DNA of 40,000 nucleotides from an uncultured bacterium (GTDB taxonomy: Bacteria > Pseudomonadota > Gammaproteobacteria > Burkholderiales > Burkholderiaceae_C): NCBI GenBank assembly GCA_963779155.1, contig CAVZXE010000015.1:602744-642743 (forward strand). The letters are read 5' to 3'. The position numbers and the translations under genes were made by a program. The stretch's first letter is position 1; every line of letters starts with the position of its first letter. Positions 17,185-25,811 of this stretch are shown piece after piece. Under the pieces are notes generated by a model. That model saw only the letters and a program-made list of their open reading frames with translations. It did not search any database and was not told the DNA's origin.

Positions 17185-17637
17185 ATGCGAAGCTTCGACA
17201 AACTCGCCGACCTGCAGCCGCTGGTCGGGCAGCATGTGGCCGACAGCGACTGGATCGCGATCGACCAGCACCGCATCGACCTGTTCGCCGACGCGACCGG
17301 CGACCATCAGTGGATCCACGTCGATCCGGTGCGGGCCGCGGCCGGGCCGTTCGGCGCGACGGTCGCGCACGGCTTCCTGACGCTCTCGCTGCTTCCCGAG
17401 ATGGCGATCAGCGCGTTCGAGCTGCGCGACACACGCATGGGCGTGAACTACGGCCTGAACCGGGTGCGCTTCATGGCCCCGGTGCCAGTGGGCAGCCGCC
17501 TGCGCGGGCGCTTCAAGCTGCTTTCCTTCGAGCCGATCGAAGGCGGCGCGCAGGTCACGATGGAAGTCACGATGGAGCGCGAGGGCTCGGCCAAGCCGGT
17601 CTGCATCGCCGAATCGGTGTCGCGGCGCTATGTGTGA
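17185..17637 (+). CDS. MaoC-like (R-specific enoyl-CoA hydratase, hot-dog fold) dehydratase
   Basis: FADATGDHQWIHVDPVRAAAGPFGATVAHGFLTLSL is the hydratase 2 motif. The ATG at 17185 is one codon inside the TTG track start. Confidence 0.8.
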   Translation: MRSFDKLADLQPLVGQHVADSDWIAIDQHRIDLFADATGDHQWIHVDPVRAAAGPFGATVAHGFLTLSLLPEMAISAFELRDTRMGVNYGLNRVRFMAPVPVGSRLRGRFKLLSFEPIEGGAQVTMEVTMEREGSAKPVCIAESVSRRYV

Positions 17638-17719
17638 GCCCACCGGCTGGACGGGCCGGTAGGCTACGATCTTCGCGTGACGAAGCTGGGTTTGCCAAGC
17701 GCTTGCCGAGGGCCCGACC

Positions 17720-18454
17720 ATGAAGGTGTTGCTGGTTGATGACCACCCGCTGATCCTGTCTGCGCTGCAGGCGGTGATCCAAGGGCTCGGCGACGACGTG
17801 ACGGTGATCGGCGCGGCCAGCGCGCACGAGGCCCGGGAGGCGCTCAAGGCGAGCGACGACTACGACCTGGTGCTGCTCGACCTGCAACTCGGCGACGCCA
17901 ACGGGTTCGACGTGCTGGTCGAGTTGCGCAGCACCTATCCCGCCTTGCCGGTGGTGATCGTGTCGGCGTCCGATCGCACCGCCGACGTGATCCGCGCGAT
18001 CGACCTCGGCGCGATGGGTTTCGTGCCCAAGCGGGCCAGCAACGAGACGCTGTTCGAGGCCTTGCACCTGGTGATGCAGGGCGGCATCTACGTGCCGCCG
18101 ATGACGCTCGGCTCCGAGCGCCCCGGGCCCAAGCCCGAAGGCGACACCGTCCCGGGCTACCTCGCCATCGTGCGCGAGCAGGCGTCTGGCGGCGAGCCGC
18201 AGACTCAGCCCTCGCTGGCGGCGATCGGGCTCACGCCGCGCCAGACCGACGTGCTCGGCCTGCTGCTGCAGGGCAAGCCGAACAAGCTGATCGCGCGGGA
18301 ACTCGGGCTGTCGGTCGAGACGGTCAAGGACCACGTGGCGGCCGTGCTGCGCGCGCTCGACGTCACATCGCGCACCCAGGCCGTGCTGGCGGTGAGCCAG
18401 ATGACGCACGAGCAGGGCGGCATCCCGGGCTGGCGGCCGAGCACCTTGCGCTAG
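17720..18454 (+). CDS. NarL/LuxR-family two-component response regulator
   Basis: The receiver domain reads MKVLLVDDHP...DLVLLDLQLGD...GFVPK. The C-terminal HTH is LTPRQTDVLGLLLQGKPNKLIARELGLSVETVKDHV. Confidence 0.9.
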   Translation: MKVLLVDDHPLILSALQAVIQGLGDDVTVIGAASAHEAREALKASDDYDLVLLDLQLGDANGFDVLVELRSTYPALPVVIVSASDRTADVIRAIDLGAMGFVPKRASNETLFEALHLVMQGGIYVPPMTLGSERPGPKPEGDTVPGYLAIVREQASGGEPQTQPSLAAIGLTPRQTDVLGLLLQGKPNKLIARELGLSVETVKDHVAAVLRALDVTSRTQAVLAVSQMTHEQGGIPGWRPSTLR

Positions 18455-18475
18455 GCCGAGCGGGCGCTCGAAGCG

Positions 18476-20299
18476 ATGTCGCCTGTCGCGTCCGCGCTGC
18501 TGCCGCAGGCGCGGCCGGAATCCGATGCGTACGCCTTCGCGCTGCTGCGCGACAAGGCGCACGCGATGTTCGCCTACAACCGCACTTCGCTGGCGGCGCA
18601 CCTGGTGGGCATTGCGATCATCCTGTCGATGTTCTCCGCGGTCACGAGCCTTGAGCGTCGCGCCGCCTGGGGCGGCCTGTTCGGCGTGCTGTGGCTTGCG
18701 CGCACCGTGCTGGCCTGGGCCTGGTCGCGCGCCGATCCGGTGACGCCCGAGGACTACCGCCGCTGGCTCCGGAGATGGAACTCCGGCACCCTGCTGACGG
18801 CGGTGATGTGGGGCGCGGCCGCCTGGGTGTTCTGGGGCGACGGCGACGCGCCGCGGCGGATCGCGCTGGTGCTGGTGATCTACAGCTATTGCGTTGCCTG
18901 CGTGCCGGTGCTCGCGCCGCAGTTCAGGCTCTTCCTCGCCTACGTGCTGCTGATGTTTCTGCCGCTGATCACGCGCGTCGGCGCGTCGATGCAGGCGCTC
19001 GACCTGCAGCTCGCCTTCGCGATGGCGCTGATCCTCGGCCTGACCATCGTGCTCGGGCGCAACTATCGCGCCGCGACCAACAGCGTGCTCGAGCTCAAGC
19101 TGCGCGCCGAGCGGCTGAGCGAGCAACTGCGCGCCGAGAAGGCCGCCGCCGAGGCGGCGCGGCAAGAGGCCGAGGTGGCCAACCGCGCCAAGACGCAGTT
19201 CTTCGCCGCCGCCAGCCACGACCTGCGCCAGCCGCTGCACGCGGTGAGCCTGTTTGCCGAGGCGCTGCGCCAGCGCAGCCACGACGACGAGGTGATCCGG
19301 CTCGTCAACAGCATCAACGCCTCGGTCGACGCGCTCGAAGGCCTGTTCTCGGAGCTGCTCGACATCACCCGCATCGACACCGGCGGCGTCGAGGTCAGGC
19401 CCGCCGATTTTGCGATCGCCGACATCTTCCGCAAGCTGCGCCTGCACTTCGAGCCGACCGCGTTCGAGAAGGGCCTGGCGCTGCGCTTTCGTGGCGAACA
19501 CCATTTCGTTCATGCCGACCCGCTGCTGGTCGAGCGCATCCTCCGCAATCTGGTCGCCAACGCGATCCGCTACACCGAGGACGGTGGCGTGCTCGTGGCT
19601 TGCCGGCGCCGCGGCGACCGGCGGCGGCTGGAGGTGTGGGACACCGGGCCGGGCATCCGCGAGGCCGAGCAGCAGCGGATCTTCGAGGAGTTCTACCAGG
19701 TGCCCGGCAACGCCGCGCCGACGCCCGGACAGAAGAAGGGCCTCGGGCTCGGGCTGGCGATCGTCAGGCGCCTGGCGGCGTTGATGAACGAGCCGCTGGT
19801 GCTGCGTTCGCTGCCCGGCCATGGCACGGTGTTTGTGCTCGAGGTGCCCGCAGGCAAGCCGGTGCCGGTGGCCAGCGTGAGCGTCCCGGCCAAGGCGCCG
19901 CTGGGGTTGACGCTCGATGGCCAGTTGATCGTGATCGTCGAGGACGAGCCGGCGGTGCGCAGCGGCCTGGAAGTGCTGCTCAAGGGCTGGGGTGCGACGG
20001 TGGCGAGTTTCGACTCGGTCGCTGCGTCGGCGGCCTGGGCGCGCCAGTGCGACCTGCGGGCGACGCGGCCGAAGCTGCTGATCGTCGACTACCGGCTCGA
20101 GAACGGCCACACCGGCGTCGAGGCGATCAGCGTCTTGCGCGAAGCCTTCGGCCAGGCCTTGCCGGCGATCATGGTCACCGGCAGCACGATGACGGGCCAC
20201 GACGCCGAGGCCGAGCGCGACGACTTCCACCTGCTGATCAAGCCAGTGGTGCCCAACAAGCTGCGCGCGATGATCGGCTTCAAGCTCGGGCTGCGGTAG
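18476..20299 (+). CDS. Hybrid sensor histidine kinase/response regulator with a multi-TM N-terminal sensor region
   Basis: About 5-6 TM segments (residues ~30-200), then a coiled coil. The H-box is FFAAASHDLRQPLHAV, the N box is RNLVANAIRYT, and the G boxes are WDTGPGI and GLGLGLAIV. The C-terminal receiver is IVIVEDEP...LLIVDYRLENG...LIKP. Confidence 0.9.
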   Translation: MSPVASALLPQARPESDAYAFALLRDKAHAMFAYNRTSLAAHLVGIAIILSMFSAVTSLERRAAWGGLFGVLWLARTVLAWAWSRADPVTPEDYRRWLRRWNSGTLLTAVMWGAAAWVFWGDGDAPRRIALVLVIYSYCVACVPVLAPQFRLFLAYVLLMFLPLITRVGASMQALDLQLAFAMALILGLTIVLGRNYRAATNSVLELKLRAERLSEQLRAEKAAAEAARQEAEVANRAKTQFFAAASHDLRQPLHAVSLFAEALRQRSHDDEVIRLVNSINASVDALEGLFSELLDITRIDTGGVEVRPADFAIADIFRKLRLHFEPTAFEKGLALRFRGEHHFVHADPLLVERILRNLVANAIRYTEDGGVLVACRRRGDRRRLEVWDTGPGIREAEQQRIFEEFYQVPGNAAPTPGQKKGLGLGLAIVRRLAALMNEPLVLRSLPGHGTVFVLEVPAGKPVPVASVSVPAKAPLGLTLDGQLIVIVEDEPAVRSGLEVLLKGWGATVASFDSVAASAAWARQCDLRATRPKLLIVDYRLENGHTGVEAISVLREAFGQALPAIMVTGSTMTGHDAEAERDDFHLLIKPVVPNKLRAMIGFKLGLR

Positions 20300-20351
20300 A
20301 CCGGGCCGCGAGGGGCGATCCGATGCGGGGGCCGCAGACTGTCTCTCGCGC

Positions 20352-21929
20352 TCAGTTCCACGCCGACGCGATCAGCACCACCTTGCCCGCAATGCCCGGC
20401 TTCGTGGCCGGGGACGGCAGCTCGACCTCCAGCCGCAGCTTGTTGTCTTTGAGCGCCGTGTAGGGCAGGGTCTGGCTGGCGACGCCGACCGTCTTCGACT
20501 CCCAGCCGTACTCGACCGTCCACGCCCCGCCTGGCGTCGCGGCCGGCGTCATCGTGATGATCAGCGAGTCGCGGAACAGGTAGCTGCCCTCGTAGTGCCG
20601 GTTCGGCCAGAACGCGTTCTTCTTCTCGTAGTCGGGCACGCGCACGCGCACGTCCATCGCATACGACAGCGTGCGGTCGTCGGGGTTCTTCGACACCCTG
20701 GCCCGGTTGGCCAGGAAGACCGTCGACAGGTAGATGAGGCCGGCCCCGGCGGCGGTTTGGGTCTTGAGCTGCCTGTGGGTGCGGCAGGCGGGCGAATCTT
20801 CCTCGGCGACGCGGCGGCTCAGCAGCCAGCGCTTGCCGCGCGGCCGGGCGAGCAGCTCGAACTGGTACAGCGCATCCACGTCGTCGTTCTCGATCTCCGC
20901 CGGCAGGCGCACCTCGGCGATGTCGAGCCAGAGATCGACCCGCACGTCGCCGAACAGGAAGCGCGTCAGGTTCTGGTACGCCTCCTCGCTGTTGACGATG
21001 CCGTAGTAGCCCGAATGCGAGCGGTACGCGTAGGCGGTGGCGGCGGTGCCGGTGATGTTGTTTTGCGCGTCGATGCCCCACACCGATGCGTTTTCCACTT
21101 TCACCAGGCCGTCGCTGCCATGGCCGACGAAGGTGCGCGACAGGCCTTTGCCCGCCTCGTAGTCGCTGCGGTTGGTGCCCACCATGCAGAAGATGCGCTC
21201 GAGCGGATAGGCGCTTGCGGGCAGGTAGTCGACGCGGCCGTACTTCGCGTGGGCGGCCTGCAGCGCCAGGTAGCCCGCCATGCGCTCGCGGTTGAAGGTG
21301 TCCATCTCGTTGGCGGTGAACCAGCTCGGCACGTTCATGCCGGCCACGTCGATGCCGTTGTGCGGCGTCGCATAGGTGAACACCTTGTCGACCAGCCGGC
21401 GCGCCTCGGCGCTGCCGAGGGCGGGGTTCTGCAGGAAGCCGCGCACCACCAAGCCGCCCATCGAGTGCGCCACCAGGTAGCAGCGGAAGTCCGCGGGCGC
21501 CAGCGCGCCGGCCTCCTGCTTGCACACCAGGTCGCGCACTTTCAGGATCAGCGCGTCCAGGCCGCGCGCGTAGTCTTCGATCGGGCTCGCCTTGCCTTCG
21601 CCGAAGTGGGTCGAGCCCGCGTCGTAGTAGCGATAGACGATCACCGAGCGCGCGTCGATGCCGACCCGGTCGCCGCGCGGCTGCCAGTCGGGGTCCATGA
21701 TGTCGGCGCCCTGCTCGTAGACGTCGGAGTAGTCGAAGTCGCTGCCCAGGCGCAGCACCGGCGACTCGAAGATGAAGCGCCGGGCCGGCGCGTTCTTGTC
21801 GACCGTGGCGCGATAGACCGTGGACCCGAGGTTGAAGCCGCAGAACGGGTCGGCTGCGGTCTCGTCGCGCTCGCCTTCGGTCATGGCGTAGCCGCGCACG
21901 TAGATGATCGGGTAATACGGTGCTTCCAT
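20352..21929 (-). CDS. Alpha/beta-hydrolase (lipase/PGAP1-like esterase) with an uncharacterised ~220-aa C-terminal domain
   Basis: The N-terminus is YPIIYVRGYAM. The nucleophile elbow is LVAHSMGGLV (GxSxG-type), followed by TYATPHNG. The C-terminal half (...VRVDLWLDIAEVRLP...YAMDVRVRVPDYEKK...TVEYGWESK...) is beta-rich and I do not recognise it. The ATG at 21929 is preceded by AAGGAG with 5-nt spacing. Confidence 0.7.
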   Translation of the reverse strand: MEAPYYPIIYVRGYAMTEGERDETAADPFCGFNLGSTVYRATVDKNAPARRFIFESPVLRLGSDFDYSDVYEQGADIMDPDWQPRGDRVGIDARSVIVYRYYDAGSTHFGEGKASPIEDYARGLDALILKVRDLVCKQEAGALAPADFRCYLVAHSMGGLVVRGFLQNPALGSAEARRLVDKVFTYATPHNGIDVAGMNVPSWFTANEMDTFNRERMAGYLALQAAHAKYGRVDYLPASAYPLERIFCMVGTNRSDYEAGKGLSRTFVGHGSDGLVKVENASVWGIDAQNNITGTAATAYAYRSHSGYYGIVNSEEAYQNLTRFLFGDVRVDLWLDIAEVRLPAEIENDDVDALYQFELLARPRGKRWLLSRRVAEEDSPACRTHRQLKTQTAAGAGLIYLSTVFLANRARVSKNPDDRTLSYAMDVRVRVPDYEKKNAFWPNRHYEGSYLFRDSLIITMTPAATPGGAWTVEYGWESKTVGVASQTLPYTALKDNKLRLEVELPSPATKPGIAGKVVLIASAWN

Positions 21930-22035
21930 GGTCGCTCCTTGCCCGTGCATCTCGGGCGCGGGAGGAACGCTAAGGCAACGGCGGGGGTTTGTCCATCCTC
22001 GCGACGTGACCGGGGCTATTGCGCGCGATGCGTCG

Positions 22036-23418
22036 TCACCGCAGCAGGTTCTTGTAGACGACGCCGTCCTTCATGATGACGACGAAGTTGCGCGCCGGGT
22101 CTTCGACGACGCGAAGGTTCTCGAGCGGGTTGCCGTCCACCAGCAGCAGGTCGGCCAGCGCACCTTCCTCCACCACGCCCAGCTTGCCGGGGTAGGGGTC
22201 GCGCGGGCCGGAGAGCTTCAGCAGCTCGCCGTTGGTGCTGGTCGCCATCGCCAGCACTTCCGGCGCGCTGTACCAGCGGTTCATCGTCACCAGCACCTCG
22301 CCTTGCCGCGCCGCACCGTCGGCAGAGAACAGGATGTCGGTGCCGAGCGCCATCTTCAGCTTGTACTTCTTCGCCAGCGCCACGGTACGCTCGGTACCGG
22401 CCCACACCTGCTGCAGCCGCAGCAGGTTGGCGGGCGCCAGCGGCGGTACATGCCCGTCGTCGGTGAACGGCTGAAAGCTCAGCCAGAGGCCGTTGTCGGC
22501 GATCGCCTTGGCGCTGGCGTCGTCCATCAGGTGGCCGTGCTCTATCACCTTGACGCCCGCGGCCGCTGCGCGCTGGATCGCTGTCGGCGTGTACGCGTGC
22601 ACGCCGACATAGGTGCCCCAGTTGCCGGCGGCGCGCACCGCGGCGCGCAGCTCGTCATCGTCGAAGGTGGAGATGTCCAGCGGGCTGTGCGGCGAGGCGA
22701 CGCCGCCGCCGGCGGTCAGCTTGATCTGCGACGCGCCGAGCAGCAACTGCTCGCGCGCCCGCACGCGCACCTCGTCGGGCGAGTCGGCCACCATGCTGCC
22801 GCCGATCAGTTCGAGCCGCGTCAACGGGCCGCCCAACTGGCGCGGCAGCTCGCTGCGGCTGCGGAAGTCGCCGTGGCCGCCGGTGATCGAGATCATCGCG
22901 CCCGACGGGTAGACGCGCGGGCCGGCGAGCAGCCCTTCGTCGATCGCGCGCTTGAGCGCGAACGACGGCCCGCCCAGGTCGCGCACGGTGGTGAAGCCGC
23001 GCATCAGTGTCGCCTCGGCCTGCGCGGCGGCCAGCAGGTTCAGGTAGCCGAGGTCGGCCTCCATCAGCACCGGTAGCGGGGTGGCGGCCATCATTGTGTG
23101 CCAATGGTTGTCGATCAGGCCGGGCATCAGCGTGCGGCCCCGGCCGTCGATCACCGTGGCAGTCGCCGCCGCGTCGGTCGCCAGCGGCGTGGCGCCGATG
23201 CGCACGATCGTCTGCCCGCGCACCAGCACGTCCACCGGCCCCGACAGGGCGGCGCGGCGGCCGTCGAACACGCGCACGTCGCGGAACAGCACGGCCGGCG
23301 GCGTGGCCGCGGCCGAAGGTGGCGCGCCCTGTGCCGAGGCGCCTGTCGCCAGCCCGGCAACGGCCAAGGTCGCGGCCAGCAGCGCCGCAAGGAGATGCTT
23401 CGGAGAGGTCGTGATCAA
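22036..23418 (-). CDS. Secreted metal-dependent amidohydrolase family protein
   Basis: The signal peptide is LLAALLAATLAVAGLATGASAQ. The HxH metal motif is PGLIDNHWH. Later motifs are GVHAYT and IEHGHL. The TTG at 23418 (GGAG 6 nt upstream) avoids the 41-nt overlap with scpA that the ATG at 23490 would create. Confidence 0.8.
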   Translation of the reverse strand: MITTSPKHLLAALLAATLAVAGLATGASAQGAPPSAAATPPAVLFRDVRVFDGRRAALSGPVDVLVRGQTIVRIGATPLATDAAATATVIDGRGRTLMPGLIDNHWHTMMAATPLPVLMEADLGYLNLLAAAQAEATLMRGFTTVRDLGGPSFALKRAIDEGLLAGPRVYPSGAMISITGGHGDFRSRSELPRQLGGPLTRLELIGGSMVADSPDEVRVRAREQLLLGASQIKLTAGGGVASPHSPLDISTFDDDELRAAVRAAGNWGTYVGVHAYTPTAIQRAAAAGVKVIEHGHLMDDASAKAIADNGLWLSFQPFTDDGHVPPLAPANLLRLQQVWAGTERTVALAKKYKLKMALGTDILFSADGAARQGEVLVTMNRWYSAPEVLAMATSTNGELLKLSGPRDPYPGKLGVVEEGALADLLLVDGNPLENLRVVEDPARNFVVIMKDGVVYKNLLR

Positions 23419-23449
23419 TCTCTGCTCCGGTCCGGACTGGAAGCGTCGC

Positions 23450-24322
23450 TCAAGCCGGCTGGTACGCGAGGCGCACGTAGATCGGCGCAAAGGCCTCGGC
23501 CTGCGTCACTTCCAGCAGGTGCTCGCGGGAGAGTTCGAGCAGCGCGATGAAGGTGACCACCATCACCTGCGTGCCGCGGCTGGCATCGAAGAGGTCCTCG
23601 AACATCGCGAAGCGCCGGCCCTGCAGGCGGCGCAGCACAATGCTCATGTGTTCGCGCACGCTCAGTTGCTCGCGGGTGATCGTGTGGTGCTGGTTGAGCC
23701 GGGCGCGCTTCAGGATGTCGTGCCACGCATCGCGCAGTTCGCTCGCCTCGACATCGGGGAAGCGCGGCTGCAGCGACTGCTCGATCGCCACCTGCGCGCG
23801 CAGGAAGTCGCGACCCAGCAGCGGCAGGGCGTCGAGCCGCGCCGCGGCGAGCTTCATCTTTTCGTACTCGAGCAGCCGGCGCACCAGTTCGGCGCGCGGG
23901 TCTTCCGGTTCGGCCCCTTCGGCGCTCCTGCGCGGCGGCAGCAGCATGCGCGACTTGATCTCGATCAGCATCGCTGCCATCAGCAGGTACTCGGCCGCGA
24001 GCTCGAGGTTGCGCTTGCGGATCTGCTCGACGTAGGCGAGGTACTGGCGCGTCACGTCGGCGAGCGGAATGTCGAGGATGTTGAAGTTCTGGCGCCGGAT
24101 CAGGTAGAGCAGCAGGTCCAGCGGGCCCTCGAAGGCTTCGAGGAAGACCTCCAGCGCGTCGGGCGGGATGTAGAGATCGGTCGGCAGCGCGAACAGCGGC
24201 TCGCCGTACAGGCGGGCGAGGGCAATCTGGTCCACCGCCTCGGGCAGTCCTTCGTCGTCCACCGAGGCCGCGCCGGGCGCGGGCACTTCGGGCACCTCGG
24301 GTGCCAGGACGTCGTCGATCAC
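23450..24322 (-). CDS. scpA: Segregation and condensation protein A
   Basis: FEGPLDLLLYLIRRQNFNILDIPLADVTRQYLAYV...AAEYLLMAAMLIEIKSRMLLP. Confidence 0.9.
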   Translation of the reverse strand: MIDDVLAPEVPEVPAPGAASVDDEGLPEAVDQIALARLYGEPLFALPTDLYIPPDALEVFLEAFEGPLDLLLYLIRRQNFNILDIPLADVTRQYLAYVEQIRKRNLELAAEYLLMAAMLIEIKSRMLLPPRRSAEGAEPEDPRAELVRRLLEYEKMKLAAARLDALPLLGRDFLRAQVAIEQSLQPRFPDVEASELRDAWHDILKRARLNQHHTITREQLSVREHMSIVLRRLQGRRFAMFEDLFDASRGTQVMVVTFIALLELSREHLLEVTQAEAFAPIYVRLAYQPA

Positions 24323-24332
24323 GTGGCGGCCT

Positions 24333-24536
24333 TCAGTCGGCCCGGGTCTGATAGACGTAGGGTTGCTGCGGCACTCGCGCCTCGCGGTATTCGGCCTGCG
24401 CTTCGCGGTCGACCGCGCGGTCCCACAGCAGCGCCCGGCCCTGGCGCTGTTCGTCCTCGAGGGTCGGTTTCTTGGCCTTCAGCTCCTCGAGGAACGAGGT
24501 GACGTCGGACTTGTAGGGCTTCCAGAACAGCGGCAT
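24333..24536 (-). CDS. DUF3460 family small protein
   Basis: 67 aa: MPLFWKPYKSDVTSFLEELKAKKPTLEDEQRQGRALLWDR... It sits upstream of scpA, as is usual in Burkholderiales. Confidence 0.65.
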   Translation of the reverse strand: MPLFWKPYKSDVTSFLEELKAKKPTLEDEQRQGRALLWDRAVDREAQAEYREARVPQQPYVYQTRAD

Positions 24537-24617
24537 GACGAGTGCGCCCGGAAAGGGGCGGTGCAGGGTGAGCCGCGATTTTACCGGCGCGGGCGGCCCG
24601 GCGCCGCCTCCGCCGAG

Positions 24618-25712
24618 TCACGCGCTCTTGGGCGTCTTCCAGGTGTAGACCGCCGTCACCGCGTAGTTCCACACCGCGCCGACCAACACGCCGGCGATCG
24701 CCGAGGAGACCCAGAAGCTGTCCTTCTGGAACAGATAGTCGGCGATGCCCACGTTGGCCAGCGCGCCGACGCTGCAGGCGAGCACGAACGAGAACCAGCC
24801 GCGCACGAAGCCCCAGCCGCGCAGGCGCAGGTCGCGGTAGGTGAGCACGTTGTTGAGCACGTAGTTGCTCGTCATGGCCACCATCGTCGCCGCCGCCTGC
24901 GCCCACAGGAAGGACGTGCCGGCACCCTTGAAGAGCGCGCTCAGGACGATCAGGTGCACCACCAACCCCAGCCCGCCGACGAGGGAGAACGCGATAAAGC
25001 GGATCGGCACCACGCCGCCCATGAACTTGTCGAGGAGCATGATGAAATACTCCCAGGCCACGTTGGTGTCGAGCTTGCTCTCCCCGGCGAGGCGATTGCG
25101 AAACTGGTAGGGCAGCTCGCGGTAGCGCAGCGGCGTCGGCGAGGTGGCGAACAAGTCGAGCAGGATCTTGAAGCCGACACCTGAGACGCCCGCCTTGACG
25201 CACTCGACGAAGGCGTCGTGGCGGATCATGAAGAAGCCGCTCATCGGGTCGTGCAGTTCGGCCTTGAGCACCAGGCGGCTCAGCCGCGTCGCGAGGCGGC
25301 TGAAGGCGGCGCGCGACTCGTCCCAGGTGCCGATGCCGCCGCTCTCCGCGTAGCGACTGCCGACCACGACGTCGAGGTCGCCGCCGCTGATGAGTTCGAA
25401 CATCCGCGGCAGCAACTGTTCGTCGTGCTGGTGGTCGGCGTCGATCACCGCCACCACCGGCGCCGACGACGCCAGCATGCCCTCGATGCAGGCCGACGAG
25501 AGCCCGCGCCGGCCGATGCGCTGGATGCAGCGCACCCGGCGGTCGGCCTGCGCCATCTCGCGCAGCGTCGTCGCGGTGGCGTCGGGCGAATCGTCGTCGA
25601 CGAAGATCATCTCCCAGTCGACGCCCGCAAGCGCCTCGGCGACGCGGTCTCTCAGTTCGATGACGTTGCCGACCTCGTTGAACGTCGGCACGATGACGGA
25701 AAGCTGTGGCAT
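24618..25712 (-). CDS. GT2 polyprenyl-phosphate glycosyltransferase (Dpm1/ArnC-like) fused to a GtrA-like membrane domain
   Basis: LSVIVPTFNE, IFVDDDSPD and VIDADHQHD (DXD) mark the GT2 domain. A C-terminal 4-TM region (IRFIAFSLVGGLGLVVH...NYVLNNVLTYRD...) is typical of GtrA. Confidence 0.85.
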   Translation of the reverse strand: MPQLSVIVPTFNEVGNVIELRDRVAEALAGVDWEMIFVDDDSPDATATTLREMAQADRRVRCIQRIGRRGLSSACIEGMLASSAPVVAVIDADHQHDEQLLPRMFELISGGDLDVVVGSRYAESGGIGTWDESRAAFSRLATRLSRLVLKAELHDPMSGFFMIRHDAFVECVKAGVSGVGFKILLDLFATSPTPLRYRELPYQFRNRLAGESKLDTNVAWEYFIMLLDKFMGGVVPIRFIAFSLVGGLGLVVHLIVLSALFKGAGTSFLWAQAAATMVAMTSNYVLNNVLTYRDLRLRGWGFVRGWFSFVLACSVGALANVGIADYLFQKDSFWVSSAIAGVLVGAVWNYAVTAVYTWKTPKSA

Positions 25713-25811
25713 GGACTCCCTTGTTCGCAGGTCAGCCCTGCCGTGGTCCGGCCGCGGCGGGCCTGCGGCGGCCGGGCACCGAACCGCCTCGCGCCCGCCT
25801 GGAGGCCGCCT

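Noticed and set aside
17567-20230. An 887-aa minus-strand ORF
   Set aside because: It is antisense to the response regulator and hybrid kinase, both of which have clear motifs. Its composition is Arg/Gly/Gln low-complexity.
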